A stretch of DNA of 64,000 nt, taken from NCBI RefSeq assembly GCF_001194135.2, contig NC_068988.1:47051578-47115577 (forward strand). Direction: 5' to 3'. Under the pieces are notes generated by a model that was given only the letters and a program-made list of their open reading frames with translations, ran no database searches and was not told the DNA's origin. The position numbers and the translations under genes are program-made. Of the stretch, positions 50,788 through 63,065 are shown one piece after another; the stretch's first letter is position 1; each line of letters opens with the position of its first letter. This DNA is from Octopus bimaculoides. Lineage: Eukaryota.

Positions 50788-52199
50788 GCATATATATTGT
50801 GATGTATGCAGCTGTATGTTAAAAACTGTATATATTGTCACCGGTATGGATGTATGTTTAAAAATGTGTCGCAACCATATGGTCTCTCATTCGTCTCTAC
50901 CGCACACTAATTCACTGAAGTGTTTCCATTAAAGTGTATCGATAACTCATAAGCTGCGAATGGGATTTGATTGACAGAAAATATGCAAAGAGCAGTCGTG
51001 TACACGCAGGCACACACAAAAGCATAAACATATTAAAAAGCTACTGTCTGTCGGCGAATGAGGCATATAATACTGAATACAGCACGTGGAATATATAGTC
51101 AACTCAAACTGAATCTCTTTCTGGAAAATTAAGTTTCATGCCATGGCAATCGTCTAGCGAGAACTGCAATTACTAGGTATTTATTTTCTTTCTTATTCAT
51201 CGGCATGGCTTTGGCTAATTATCAATGCGTTTATTATTCGTGCTTATTTGTCATTCAAACGGGTATTTTTTCTTCGGTTCTTTTGGTTTATTTCCTGTTT
51301 TCAAATTTTCTTGGTTTTGTCATTATGTAAAATGTTATTTGTCGTTCTGCTATCACAAAGTGTTTTCTGTCTTTGGTTCGACGAGCACATTTCCTTTTTC
51401 CCAACACACTTATACTACAATTGTTGATTAACTTTCTAATATATTGATTTGAAAAGATTTATTTGTTTTATTTGTTTCCTTTTATCGGTTCATTGTCATC
51501 CTGTTTTTGTCAAAGGTGGCCATTTAATTTTTCATGGTCTAGTAGTTTGTTGGATTTGGCTCGGAATCTAGGAATTTAATTATATATATGCTTACATAGA
51601 TACGTACGCACATACATGCATACATACATACATACATACATGCATACACACATATGTATATGTGTGTGTATGTATATATTATATCTACTTATACTAATGC
51701 TTGTGTATATACTTGTCTTAGTGTATGCATGTATATGCATGGATGTATATATGTATATAAATGCATACCGTATATACATATGCATTTAGCTATCTAGTTG
51801 TATATAAACACACACACGCACGCATACATAGATACATAGGCACATAAACACAAACACAAAAACACATATAAACATTTATATTCACGTGTTCTATATTTAT
51901 ATATACATATGTGTAGCGATTTGTATATTCGGTTTGAAATATCTGTCTTGAGTTCGGGTCCTGTTAATGTATGATGTACCCACTTTCGTGTTACTAAATC
52001 GTTTGTGGTGATCGAGAAACAAAAATCATCCAATTTCGTACATGAATGAAATAAATACTATGAACAATATGACCTCTGAGGATGTAGAAAAAATATATGG
52101 GAACTGATATATACTTATATGTTACACGTAGGCTTAAATGAATACGAAATGACACATTTGGTGATTAGAGGCTTATAATATAAAAAGTAACAGAACGTT

Positions 52200-54200
52200 T
52201 CAATGAAACAGCCTACTTTAGAAGATGATAATTTTGGAATGGTACAAGTTATAAAACCATAATAGCTAAAGCATAGTCCAGGAGAAAATAGAAGAAAAGT
52301 AAGAATAAGAAACAAATTGTGAAAGTTAGAAGAGAAACTGAAAGTAAAAGATGATTCTGTAGCCAGCGACATTAAGATCTGAGGCACGACGTACGAAGGA
52401 GCGCAAAAATCTCTCAGTGTGAATCAGTACATCGGTAGGGAAAAGTAGAGGGTAGCAATGTACTCGACCTTAAGGATACGGAAAGCTAATTTGGAATTGT
52501 TTCGAAGCAGTATTGCTGGATGAAAGGAATATACGTGCAGACATGACTATCTAAAGCAGATGTAAAAAGACTGACCAGCTTATAACGTGGATAACTGTAC
52601 AGTCAAACGGATGACTGAAGATATGAAGGGCGGAAAGTAACTGGATGAATTAGGAAAGGTGACTAAGATTCTGAAAATATTTGAAGCAGAAGCACTAGTA
52701 ACTAGCAGAGCCAATCAAGTGGTACATTCATAATAATTGGCATAAAAGTATCATTAGATAGAGTAGCATGGTTCACAATGATGCACTGGAATAGAGAAAG
52801 TGTACAGGTATCAACTGATGAACCATGTTATGAAGATAAGCGGAAGAGTTAGCACAGCTGAGAAAAGAATTAGGTTACACGGAATACAATTCGAGTTTGC
52901 GCCAGACCGAGTACCACCGATGTTTTCTTCCTAATCAGCCAGCTACGGAAAGGTTCAGTAAGGTTCAAGCTTCATGACCTAGCATTCGGTAACCTCGAGA
53001 AGGTTTTCAACAGAGTTAACAATCTAGTGATTGTTAAGACATTAAGTGTAGAGGAATGTCTATGAGAAACGCGCAATGTATATGCAGGGGTATTATCGGC
53101 AAGGCTATAAGAAGCAAGAAACTCAGTAGAAATTTTATATGGTTTGTGGTCATCACGGTTTGTTTCTTAGCCTCTTCTGATTATCATTGCTCTTTCCAGA
53201 TCATGAAAAATTAATAAAAGAATTGCTAAATACGGAATCAAGAAGTAAGACAAGCAAACACTAAAGTCGTACAATTCTTTACTGCTTTCTGGGAAGTGGC
53301 CATCTGGATACTCATGAAATATATGGGTAGGAATTATATTCTTTGTAGCCAATGTACTATTTGCAGAATTAAAGGATTTCGGTGATTACATAGTCGGCTA
53401 ACAGAAGTAAAAACTTCCTACGCACAAGAGAAGAGAAAACTATGAACTGCATTCATCTGAACCACTTTTACTCTTTCACACTTTTCTACTTTTCTTCTAT
53501 AGATTTCTTCTGAGGAAGGACTCGCGTCTAAAACGTTAAGGCTATCTCCCTTCCATATTTAAGCGTTAAACTAATGTATTATTTATGAACATTTTTCTCT
53601 TCTGTATTTTTGTTTTTTTCATTGTCCATTGCCTTCACAATTCTTTCAAATGCCCGGAATACTTCCCCAGAAGTAACTGATTGGTTTCATAAATGTACAT
53701 GAACTAATTAGAAGAAAATGTGAGTGTTCTGAAAGCACACCATTTAGGGTAAGAATCAAGAGCTATAATTACGATTTATAATAAGATGAACTCCCTTCCT
53801 CGCATCTCTCTCTCTCTCTCTCTCTCGTTCAGTAAATTGAAGTCTGCACGAGACTTGTGTAAAGAATGTAGTGTTGCAAGGCGATGTTACTTCTGCTTCA
53901 AATGTGGAGTGGGTATGAATGTTCTAAAGGAATTAGGCAAGAATATTTCGAAGGATGTGCATTGTTAGTGTGCATGAACGACAGAGCATGAACTAAAAAA
54001 AAATTTGAGTATAAGAGAAATCAGCTGTAGTGTTCTGGAACAAACATGGGATGTGCATGAGAAATAGCATTCGAGATTGGAAGCACCAAATAATCCAAGT
54101 GCAAAGCATTTGTAGAGAAGGAAAAACTTAAAAGAAATGGCTAGCAGAAACGAGGATACTGAAGTTCAAAAAGAAGTCTACAGCAGACATGGAAGAACAG
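52200..54200 (+). mobile_element. Very old RTE LINE, interrupted at ~53400-53820
   Basis: Remnants MKGGK, GI(N)*MNHVMKI, IQFEFAPD/STTDVFFLISQL, LAFGNLEKVFNRV and SGKWP; after the interruption, MCIVSVHERQS and IREISCSV match the 26262-27325 copy. Confidence 0.65.
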
Positions 54201-55136
54201 ATATAAAATTATCTATATACACACACTCACACTCTCACATAAATATATGTTTATATGTGTATGGACGTACGTGTGTTTGTGTAGATATATATGTTTGTAT
54301 GTGTCTTTTTTAATATATACGTATACTTTACTATACAGGCGCGCATATGTATGCACACACTGAAAGATAGATAAGTAGACAGACAGATAGATAGATAGAA
54401 AGGTAGATAGGTTGATAGCGAGAAAGGTAGATAAATAGATAGAATGACAGATAGGTATGTCGGCAGATGAATAAATATACAATATATACGCCTATATGCA
54501 TGTGCATTTATATATTTAAATATATGTAAATATACATGTATATATACATGCATATATATATATATATATATGTATGTACACACACATACATATACACATT
54601 TACGTATGACTGTATATACACGAACATATAAGTATTTCCAGATAAAGTATAATTACGGCTATGAATAAATAAGTGCGTTTATATATACATATAAATGCGA
54701 TTATGAGTGTGTGGGTGTATGTGTTGTGTTATATTTAACTAAATACTAAAAGTGATTGATTCCAAAGATTTAAAATCTCTTATTAAATCACTCTTCAGAA
54801 GAGCATGCTGAAATCACTCAACCAGACATTACTTTACGTTCAAAATCCATTGAAGGAATCTACCTTTAAAAAGCAAGCTTTTTATTAAGAAACTAATAAA
54901 TTATATGGCACAGATTAAGCAGTCTATACGCTAATAACTAGTACCATTTCTCAATTTAACAACACACAATTTATTATATTAATGAAATGCACTCAAAAGC
55001 ACGAACTTCATAGAAAAGCTCATTCAGTATTGTATATTAAACGAATGAATATAACACTTGAATGTGTATGCATGTAAACATACATACATATTCATATATA
55101 TAAACATATATATATTTATATGTATGTATGTACGCG

Positions 55137-55167
<31 letters not shown>

Positions 55168-56419
55168 GAATATATATATATATATATCTGTGAACATTTT
55201 GAGTCTATGTGTGTGTGTGTGTGTGTTTATGTGAATGAACTTACATGAATCAAAATAGAGTACTCAAAGCAATTGTAGAGTGAATTGTATGTATTCAAAA
55301 CCTTCTTGTATAATTTTAAAATACGTTACGCAGAATTTAGTTTGACAGGTATTGAGCCATGCAATAAGCGGACAGTATAATAGTTTTTCATTCTCAGAGA
55401 GACAGGCTCATATGTGATATATTCACTCATGCTCTAAGTAATGCAAGAGATGCAACTCAGTGGACAACAAGTAGGCCTGAACTGTTTAGATTTGTTATTA
55501 TTTTATATTAACACGGAGGTTTGTACCTTTTACTATACCAACTATATAGCAACGGAAGAAATAAAGAAATTTCAAAGGTAATTAAAGAATATCGTAGAAG
55601 AAAGATTGACATTTGTATAAACTGGTGTGAGAAACTGATGTAATTTATATAAATTAATGTGATGAATCAAATAAAAAACAAAATAACGTATATATAATAG
55701 GTCAACAAAGAAGTGTCCTAAGTTTAATTATGATACGAATTTCCGGAATTTAAGAATTGAAGTATAGTCAAGTCAGAAGCATATGGAGTAAAGAAAGTAA
55801 AGAAAATGAATGTTTACGAGGGGAGATAAATGTTTATCTCGATAAACTCTAAATTTTCAAAATTTATGCGGGAATTTGTCGGTGAGGAGACATTTCTCAA
55901 AAATTCAGATCTTGTGTTTAAAGAAATTTTAAATAATTTTGCTAAACAACCCTTTTTGTCAGAGCATAAAGTCTGAATTTTTGTGCCATTTATATAGTGT
56001 TGCTTCATTCTGGGACCTTCCATTAGATAGCGCAATTAATGTTGTACACATTAAGCACTTGATATAAATTGATAAAACAATTTTGTGTTGTTTTCAGCAA
56101 ACAGGAGATTTGCTATTGATGAGTAAAACCTTAACTTTAATGTTTTTGTAATGTGATTTTTTGTATTAGTTTATAATTAATATGCAATGATTTCTGTTCA
56201 AGATATACATTTTATGTGAGGCTTGATTATTTATAATTGGCGTATTATTTCATGTATTTAATACATGGTATTTGTCTTTTTATTGCTCTGAGGTTGGTCT
56301 TTTAGGTGGTTTGTAAAACAGTAGCTACATTTCTCTATCTAACATTTCGTTTGTGGAAGAGAGCTTATATGCTTTTCTAATCTGAGATTTCACAACTGAT
56401 ATTTTGTATCTGTGCGAAC

Positions 56420-56454
<35 letters not shown>

Positions 56455-56458
<4 letters not shown>

Positions 56459-56595
56459 CGTCTACCAAATCCACTCACAAGTTTTTGGTCAGCCCAATGC
56501 TATAGTAGAAGATAGTTGCTCAAGGTGCCATGCAGTGGGAATGAACCTGCAACCATGTGGTTGGAAAGTAAACTTCTTACCACACAGCCACACAC
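56455..56595 (-). mobile_element. SINE family B head
   Basis: ccgtctaccaaatccactcacaag...cttcttaccacacagcca. Confidence 0.8.
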
Positions 56596-56965
56596 TTTCT
56601 CAGAAGGAATAGTACACAAACCTTTATTCAGAAAGTGACTTTGTACTTTTCGCAAGCTAATCTTGTAGAATTACGTTGTTTAATTCAAATGTATTTTTTT
56701 TTAAACCCATTTCTGTTTTTCTCCAATATTCATGCTTAAAGATGTTCATATGACATGTTTTACATTTGTTACTTTGTTGACATCAATCATGATATCATCA
56801 TTCTATTCCTAAAAACTAATTAATGAAATAAATAAATATATTATTTTCTGTCTTCATGAATTTAAAAATAAATATCTGCAGAAATAAACTTGTTATATTT
56901 CGGGATAGTAACTCTATTTATTTGTTTGTTTATTTGGATTTATTTTTTGCCAAATAAACAGACAT

Positions 56966-57358
56966 AGGAGTGGCTGTGTGGTAAGTAGTTTGCTTACCAA
57001 CGACATGGTTCTGGGTTCAGTCCCACTGCGTAGCACCAGGGGCAATTGTCTTCTATTATAGCCTCGGGCCGACCAAAGCCTTGTGAGTGGATTTGGTAGA
57101 CGGAAACTGAAAAGAAGCCTGTCGTATATATATATATGTATGTGTGTATATGTTTGTGTGTCTGTGTTTGTCCCCCCACCCAACATCGCTTAACAACCGA
57201 TGCTGGTGTGTTTACGTCCCCGTAACTTAGCAATTTGGCGAAAAAGACTGATAAAATGAGTACTAGGCTTCCAAAGAATAAGTCCTGGGGTCGATTTGCT
57301 CGACTAAAGGCGGTGCTCCAACATGGCCGCAGTCAAATGGCTGAAACAAGCAAAAGAG
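56966..57358 (+). mobile_element. Full-length SINE family B (best-preserved copy)
   Basis: aggagtggctgtgtggtaag (A-box), gggttcagtccc (B-box), short internal (TA/TG)n, tail ...ggcggtgctccaacatggccgcagtcaaatggctgaaacaag. Confidence 0.88.
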
Positions 57359-57689
57359 ACCCACTATAAATTCCTTCTTATTTTTGTGTCCTTTGTCTTA
57401 AATCTTTCACACATCCTGTGACCTCGTCAGTGACTCTCCATCCTTCCATTCCCCCATGTCTCTATATTGTTTAAGATCGGGGATTCACAGCTATTTTTTC
57501 ACCTATGGACCCTTTTGATTACTATTCTATTCTAGTGGACCCGCATAACCATTAGATTTTTAAAAACTAGCTTTGTAGATAGTTCTTTCGACCTTCTTGC
57601 TTTGTTTTACACACATTTAACTTGAATAGGTTGAGCTATATAAAATATTAGAGAAAGAAGCCTAGCTGCTTCTTGCATTATGTATAAAT

Positions 57690-57728
57690 AAATAAATGCG
57701 CCCTTTTAAAGCCTAGCCAGGCTCATGG
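57690..57728 (-). mobile_element. 3' end of a T2-like SINE running into a gap
   Basis: Reverse complement ccatgagcctggctaggctttaaaagggcgcatttatt resembles the 35490-35520 tail. Confidence 0.45.
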
Positions 57729-58703
57729 NNNNNNNNNNNNNNNNNNNNNNNNNNNNNNNNNNNNNNNNNNNNNNNNNNNNNNNNNNNNNNNNNNNNNNNN
57801 NNNNNNNNNNNNNNNNNNNNNNNNNNNNNNNNNNNNNNNNNNNNNNNNNNNNNNNNNNNNNNNNNNNNNNNNNNNNNNNNNNNNNNNNNNNNNNNNNNNN
57901 NNNNNNNNNNNNNNNNNNNNNNNNNNNNNNNNNNNNNNNNNNNNNNNNNNNNNNNNNNNNNNNNNNNNNNNNNNNNNNNNNNNNNNNNNNNNNNNNNNNN
58001 NNNNNNNNNNNNNNNNNNNNNNNNNNNNNNNNNNNNNNNNNNNNNNNNNNNNNNNNNNNNNNNNNNNNNNNNNNNNNNNNNNNNNNNNNNNNNNNNNNNN
58101 NNNNNNNNNNNNNNNNNNNNNNNNNNNNNNNNNNNNNNNNNNNNNNNNNNNNNNNNNNNNNNNNNNNNNNNNNNNNNNNNNNNNNNNNNNNNNNNNNNNN
58201 NNNNNNNNNNNNNNNNNNNNNNNNNNNNNNNNNNNNNNNNNNNNNNNNNNNNNNNNNNNNNNNNNNNNNNNNNNNNNNNNNNNNNNNNNNNNNNNNNNNN
58301 NNNNNNNNNNNNNNNNNNNNNNNNNNNNNNNNNNNNNNNNNNNNNNNNNNNNNNNNNNNNNNNNNNNNNNNNNNNNNNNNNNNNNNNNNNNNNNNNNNNN
58401 NNNNNNNNNNNNNNNNNNNNNNNNNNNNNNNNNNNNNNNNNNNNNNNNNNNNNNNNNNNNNNNNNNNNNNNNNNNNNNNNNNNNNNNNNNNNNNNNNNNN
58501 NNNNNNNNNNNNNNNNNNNNNNNNNNNNNNNNNNNNNNNNNNNNNNNNNNNNNNNNNNNNNNNNNNNNNNNNNNNNNNNNNNNNNNNNNNNNNNNNNNNN
58601 NNNNNNNNNNNNNNNNNNNNNNNNNNNNNNNNNNNNNNNNNNNNNNNNNNNNNNNNNNNNNNNNNNNNNNNNNNNNNNNNNNNNNNNNNNNNNNNNNNNN
58701 NNN

Positions 58704-58704
58704 N

Positions 58705-58758
<54 letters not shown>

Positions 58759-58866
58759 GTTATTGTTATTATTATTATTATTCAGGTCACTGCCTGGAAT
58801 CGAACTCGGAATTTTGGGGTTAGTAGCCCGCGCTTTTAACCACTGCGCCGTATACCTGTGGGCATA
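58704..58866 (-). mobile_element. tRNA-derived SINE family D head followed by (AAT)n
   Basis: Reverse complement ggcgcagtgg (A-box; plus 58840-58849) and gagttcgattcc (B-box; plus 58796-58807), then (AAT)n into the gap. Confidence 0.75.
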
Positions 58867-58879
58867 TGTTAGATAAAGA

Positions 58880-59165
58880 CCCCCTTCGGTCATGATTGAC
58901 CATGGGATTGCACCTAGAAAATTACCCTCTGAGGCACAAGTCCAAGCAAGTTTGTTTTGTGGAAGACCAGCCACCACTCCTGCATAAAAACCTTCCCTCT
59001 CCCTGCTACCGATGCTATCCAAGGGAAAGGCAAGGGCTGATACAACTTGGCACCAGTGACATTGCAACTCATTTGTACAGCTAAATGAACTCAGCAACAT
59101 GAAGTAAAGTGCCTCACTCCAGAACACAACACAAAGCCCACTCCAGGTATCTAGCTCACTTTCAT
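58880..59165 (-). mobile_element. SINE with H2 central module and a third tail (T3)
   Basis: Reverse complement gcactttacttcatgttgctgagttcatttagctgtacaaatgagt matches the H2 module at 41640 and 46300; the tail is unrelated to T1 and T2. Confidence 0.65.
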
Positions 59166-59178
59166 TTATGTAAAGATG

Positions 59179-59272
59179 GTTGTTGTTGTTGGCACTCCGT
59201 CGCTTACGACGTCGAGNNNNNNNNNNTACGATCACGATGCTATACCCTAACCACTAAGCCACGCGCCTCCAC
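59179..59272 (-). mobile_element. SINE family C with both ends visible and the interior in a 10-N gap
   Basis: T1 end gttggcactccgtcgcttacgac; head cctaaccactaagccacgcgcctcca. Confidence 0.7.
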
Positions 59273-59460
59273 TCTTGCATCGTGTACCAATGCATATATC
59301 TAAAGCAACATATTTTCAGGGGCCCTGAGAATATCCTTATGAATCCCTAATTTACTATTTTGTTGTGTAGACACCACAAAACCCTCAGCCGACATATAAC
59401 CAAAGGGAATTTTGTTCATGTCCATCGTATTTTTACAGGATTTATCTAAAACAACCTTCC

Positions 59461-59602
59461 TTTATACATTATTTACATTATTTACATTTGACGGATATTT
59501 GTCCTCATCTTGTTTGTTGTTAGCACAATGTTTCAGCTGATATACCTTCATCTTAGGAAAATTTTGAACCTGGGTTCTCATTCCTAAGGTATTTTCTCGA
59601 TG

Positions 59603-59679
<77 letters not shown>

Positions 59680-59739
59680 GTTGATGTTGTTGTTGTTGTT
59701 GTTGTTATTATTATTATTCAGTAGTTTTATTTTTATAAC
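59461..59739 (-). mobile_element. (AAT)n-containing repeat 3' part ending in (AAATAATGT)n; probable family D tail
   Basis: Reverse complement reads (AAT)n-aacatcgagaaaatacc...gatgaaggtatatcagctgaaac...atgtaaataatgtaaataatgta. Confidence 0.5.
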
Positions 59740-60379
59740 NNNNNNNNNNNNNNNNNNNNNNNNNNNNNNNNNNNNNNNNNNNNNNNNNNNNNNNNNNNNN
59801 NNNNNNNNNNNNNNNNNNNNNNNNNNNNNNNNNNNNNNNNNNNNNNNNNNNNNNNNNNNNNNNNNNNNNNNNNNNNNNNNNNNNNNNNNNNNNNNNNNNN
59901 NNNNNNNNNNNNNNNNNNNNNNNNNNNNNNNNNNNNNNNNNNNNNNNNNNNNNNNNNNNNNNNNNNNNNNNNNNNNNNNNNNNNNNNNNNNNNNNNNNNN
60001 NNNNNNNNNNNNNNNNNNNNNNNNNNNNNNNNNNNNNNNNNNNNNNNNNNNNNNNNNNNNNNNNNNNNNNNNNNNNNNNNNNNNNNNNNNNNNNNNNNNN
60101 NNNNNNNNNNNNNNNNNNNNNNNNNNNNNNNNNNNNNNNNNNNNNNNNNNNNNNNNNNNNNNNNNNNNNNNNNNNNNNNNNNNNNNNNNNNNNNNNNNNN
60201 NNNNNNNNNNNNNNNNNNNNNNNNNNNNNNNNNNNNNNNNNNNNNNNNNNNNNNNNNNNNNNNNNNNNNNNNNNNNNNNNNNNNNNNNNNNNNNNNNNNN
60301 NNNNNNNNNNNNNNNNNNNNNNNNNNNNNNNNNNNNNNNNNNNNNNNNNNNNNNNNNNNNNNNNNNNNNNNNNNNNNNN

Positions 60380-60647
60380 CTTAACGTAGTTCTCCGGGAT
60401 ATTCAGCGTGACACAGTGTGACAAGGCTGACCCTTTGAATTACAGGCACAACTGAAACAGGAAGTAAGAGAGAGAGAAAGTTGTGGTGAAAGAGTACAGC
60501 AGGGTTCGCTACCATCCCCTGCCGGAACCTCGTGGAGCTTTAGGTGTCTTCGCTCAATAAACACTCACAACGCCCGGTCTGGAAATCGAAACCGCGATCC
60601 TATGACCACGAGTCCGCTGCCCTAACCACGGGGCCATTACACATCCA
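60380..60647 (-). mobile_element. SINE family C, head H1 + tail T1 (3' part in gap)
   Basis: Closely colinear with 39120-39386. Confidence 0.88.
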
Positions 60648-61128
60648 CTGTAAATATAGTAATAAGATGTGAAAGATATTTCACTACTATTTTTAATTAG
60701 TCATGCAATCATCAAGAAAATCTCTTAGCTGAAATAGATGCATGAGTTTGCAGGTAATTCTTGATGTAATCTGAGGAGTTCAGGTATTTGCAGTTAGGCT
60801 TGAATCATATAATTTACATTCATTGCATGTCTAAGTGGTTACACAGTTTTAGAGTTTTGATTTTTGTGTGATGTATGTGTATGTAGCACTAATGTAGCAG
60901 TCATGCAATCAAAGGAATTCCAGCTATGACCAGCCCATTTATTTTTCAGATATAAGGGATTGCATAACGTAATATAGTCTACATTTCAAAGTAAAGATAT
61001 AGGTGTGATTTGATGAAATTTGGTTGCTACTTCAAGCACTCATGCAGCAATGTAGAATCTCCTCATATAGGATTCCATAGGTGCTCCCTCATTACCTCAA
61101 GATGATGATAGTATTCATGGTAGTTTAT

Positions 61129-61204
<76 letters not shown>

Positions 61205-61205
<1 letters not shown>

Positions 61206-61691
61206 ATACAGAATGGGACAAGAACGCAAGACATCCAGACAGTTAGGTGATACAAGAAAAGACAACAAAACATCCAGATAGACGATACAAAGAAAACGAG
61301 GACAGGTCATTCAGAGTTTTCTTTCCTCAGTCGAGATCCAGATTATCCTTGCAATTTCGGCTAGTTATTCTCGATATTGCTCCAATCTGGTCAGCCCTGA
61401 GGAAAAACTAAGCTAAGAGCATTAGATTCCTTGGAAGAAAGCAGCGAATGTATACAAAAACAAGGACAGAAAAAAAAAACGAACAATGTTACCCAAATAC
61501 ACTAAAAATAATAACGGGACATAACAACAGATGTCTTTCGACTAAGGACGAATTAAATTAAGCTGGCGTGTGTGGAAATGAAGCCTTTCGGCAGGGATAC
61601 AATATTTCACAGGCACAGGGAGGAATTACGATGTTGCACGCACAACGGCCGGCCAAGAAAGGATGATCAGGCTTGGCCGAACGCCGGTCAC
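61205..61691 (-). mobile_element. Interspersed repeat, possibly a PLE-terminus-like element
   Basis: GC-richer island between microsatellites with internal near-repeats (acatccagacag/acatccagatag); recalled as an abundant Octopus repeat; single copy here. Confidence 0.4.
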
Positions 61692-62689
61692 TATATATAT
61701 ATATATNNNNNNNNNNNNNNNNNNNNNNNNNNNNNNNNNNNNNNNNNNNNNNNNNNNNNNNNNNNNNNNNNNNNNNNNNNNNNNNNNNNNNNNNNNNNNN
61801 NNNNNNNNNNNNNNNNNNNNNNNNNNNNNNNNNNNNNNNNNNNNNNNNNNNNNNNNNNNNNNNNNNNNNNNNNNNNNNNNNNNNNNNNNNNNNNNNNNNN
61901 NNNNNNNNNNNNNNNNNNNNNNNNNNNNNNNNNNNNNNNNNNNNNNNNNNNNNNNNNNNNNNNNNNNNNNNNNNNNNNNNNNNNNNNNNNNNNNNNNNNN
62001 NNNNNNNNNNNNNNNNNNNNNNNNNNNNNNNNNNNNNNNNNNNNNNNNNNNNNNNNNNTATATATATATATGTATATATATATACCTTACTGCAACAAAG
62101 AGATGAATGGTAGCATTTGAAATCATTAACCTAAAAATGTTAGTCTAGCATCTCCATACCACATCACCTTCCACAGTCTATTATATAATTTAAAGACATA
62201 TGGATTATACAAGCTGCGGTAAAAGCCCTGCTGTATTTGTTCTGACAGATGATATAATTCATGGACAACATGGCAAGCCTGTGTAGGTCAGGTGTTGTAT
62301 TATCAATGCAAACAACCGTGATAAGGTTAAAACAGTGTTTCAAGTAATATGTAAAGTGTTCTGTCTGCTCAGATAATCTACGATACATCTGATTGGCTGC
62401 TCAGTGGGATGGATAAATAGTCCAAAACTATAGATAGTCTATGTGTGTGCTTGTATGAGTAAGGCCTTGTGTGAGTCGTTGTGTACGTGTGAGCATGTAT
62501 GTGAATGTGTGGTTTTGTATGCATGCATGTACATGCTTATGTATGGAAGTGTTTGTATTATATACATTTAAGGGGAGAAAGACATCAAATATATAGCAGT
62601 AGAGAGATAATTAACAAAATGGTTACATTTTCCTGAGTATATGTAAATAGGTGCATACATGCATACATACAAATATATGCACATTTATC

Positions 62690-62759
62690 TGTCTGTCTAT
62701 CTATCTATCTGTCTGTCTGCCTGTCTGTCTTTCTGTCTGTCTGTCTGTATGTCTGTCTG

Positions 62760-62827
<68 letters not shown>

Positions 62828-62905
62828 ATAAAGAAACTTATTTATCTCTCTGCATGTATATCTCTCTGCATGTATATCTCTCTATTTGTCTATCTATCCA
62901 TCTAT

Positions 62906-62953
<48 letters not shown>

Positions 62954-63014
62954 ATATCTATATGTTTGTCTGTCTATCTATCTATCTATCTATTTATCTA
63001 TGTATGTATGTATG

Positions 63015-63045
<31 letters not shown>

Positions 63046-63065
63046 ATATCTATCTATCTATCTAT
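62690..63065. repeat. (CTGT)n/(CTAT)n tetranucleotide array
   Basis: Directly visible; runs into a gap. Confidence 0.95.

Noticed and set aside
58783-58866. Possible tRNA gene
   Set aside because: A and B boxes are present, but there is no convincing acceptor stem, and it runs into (AAT)n; treated as a SINE head.
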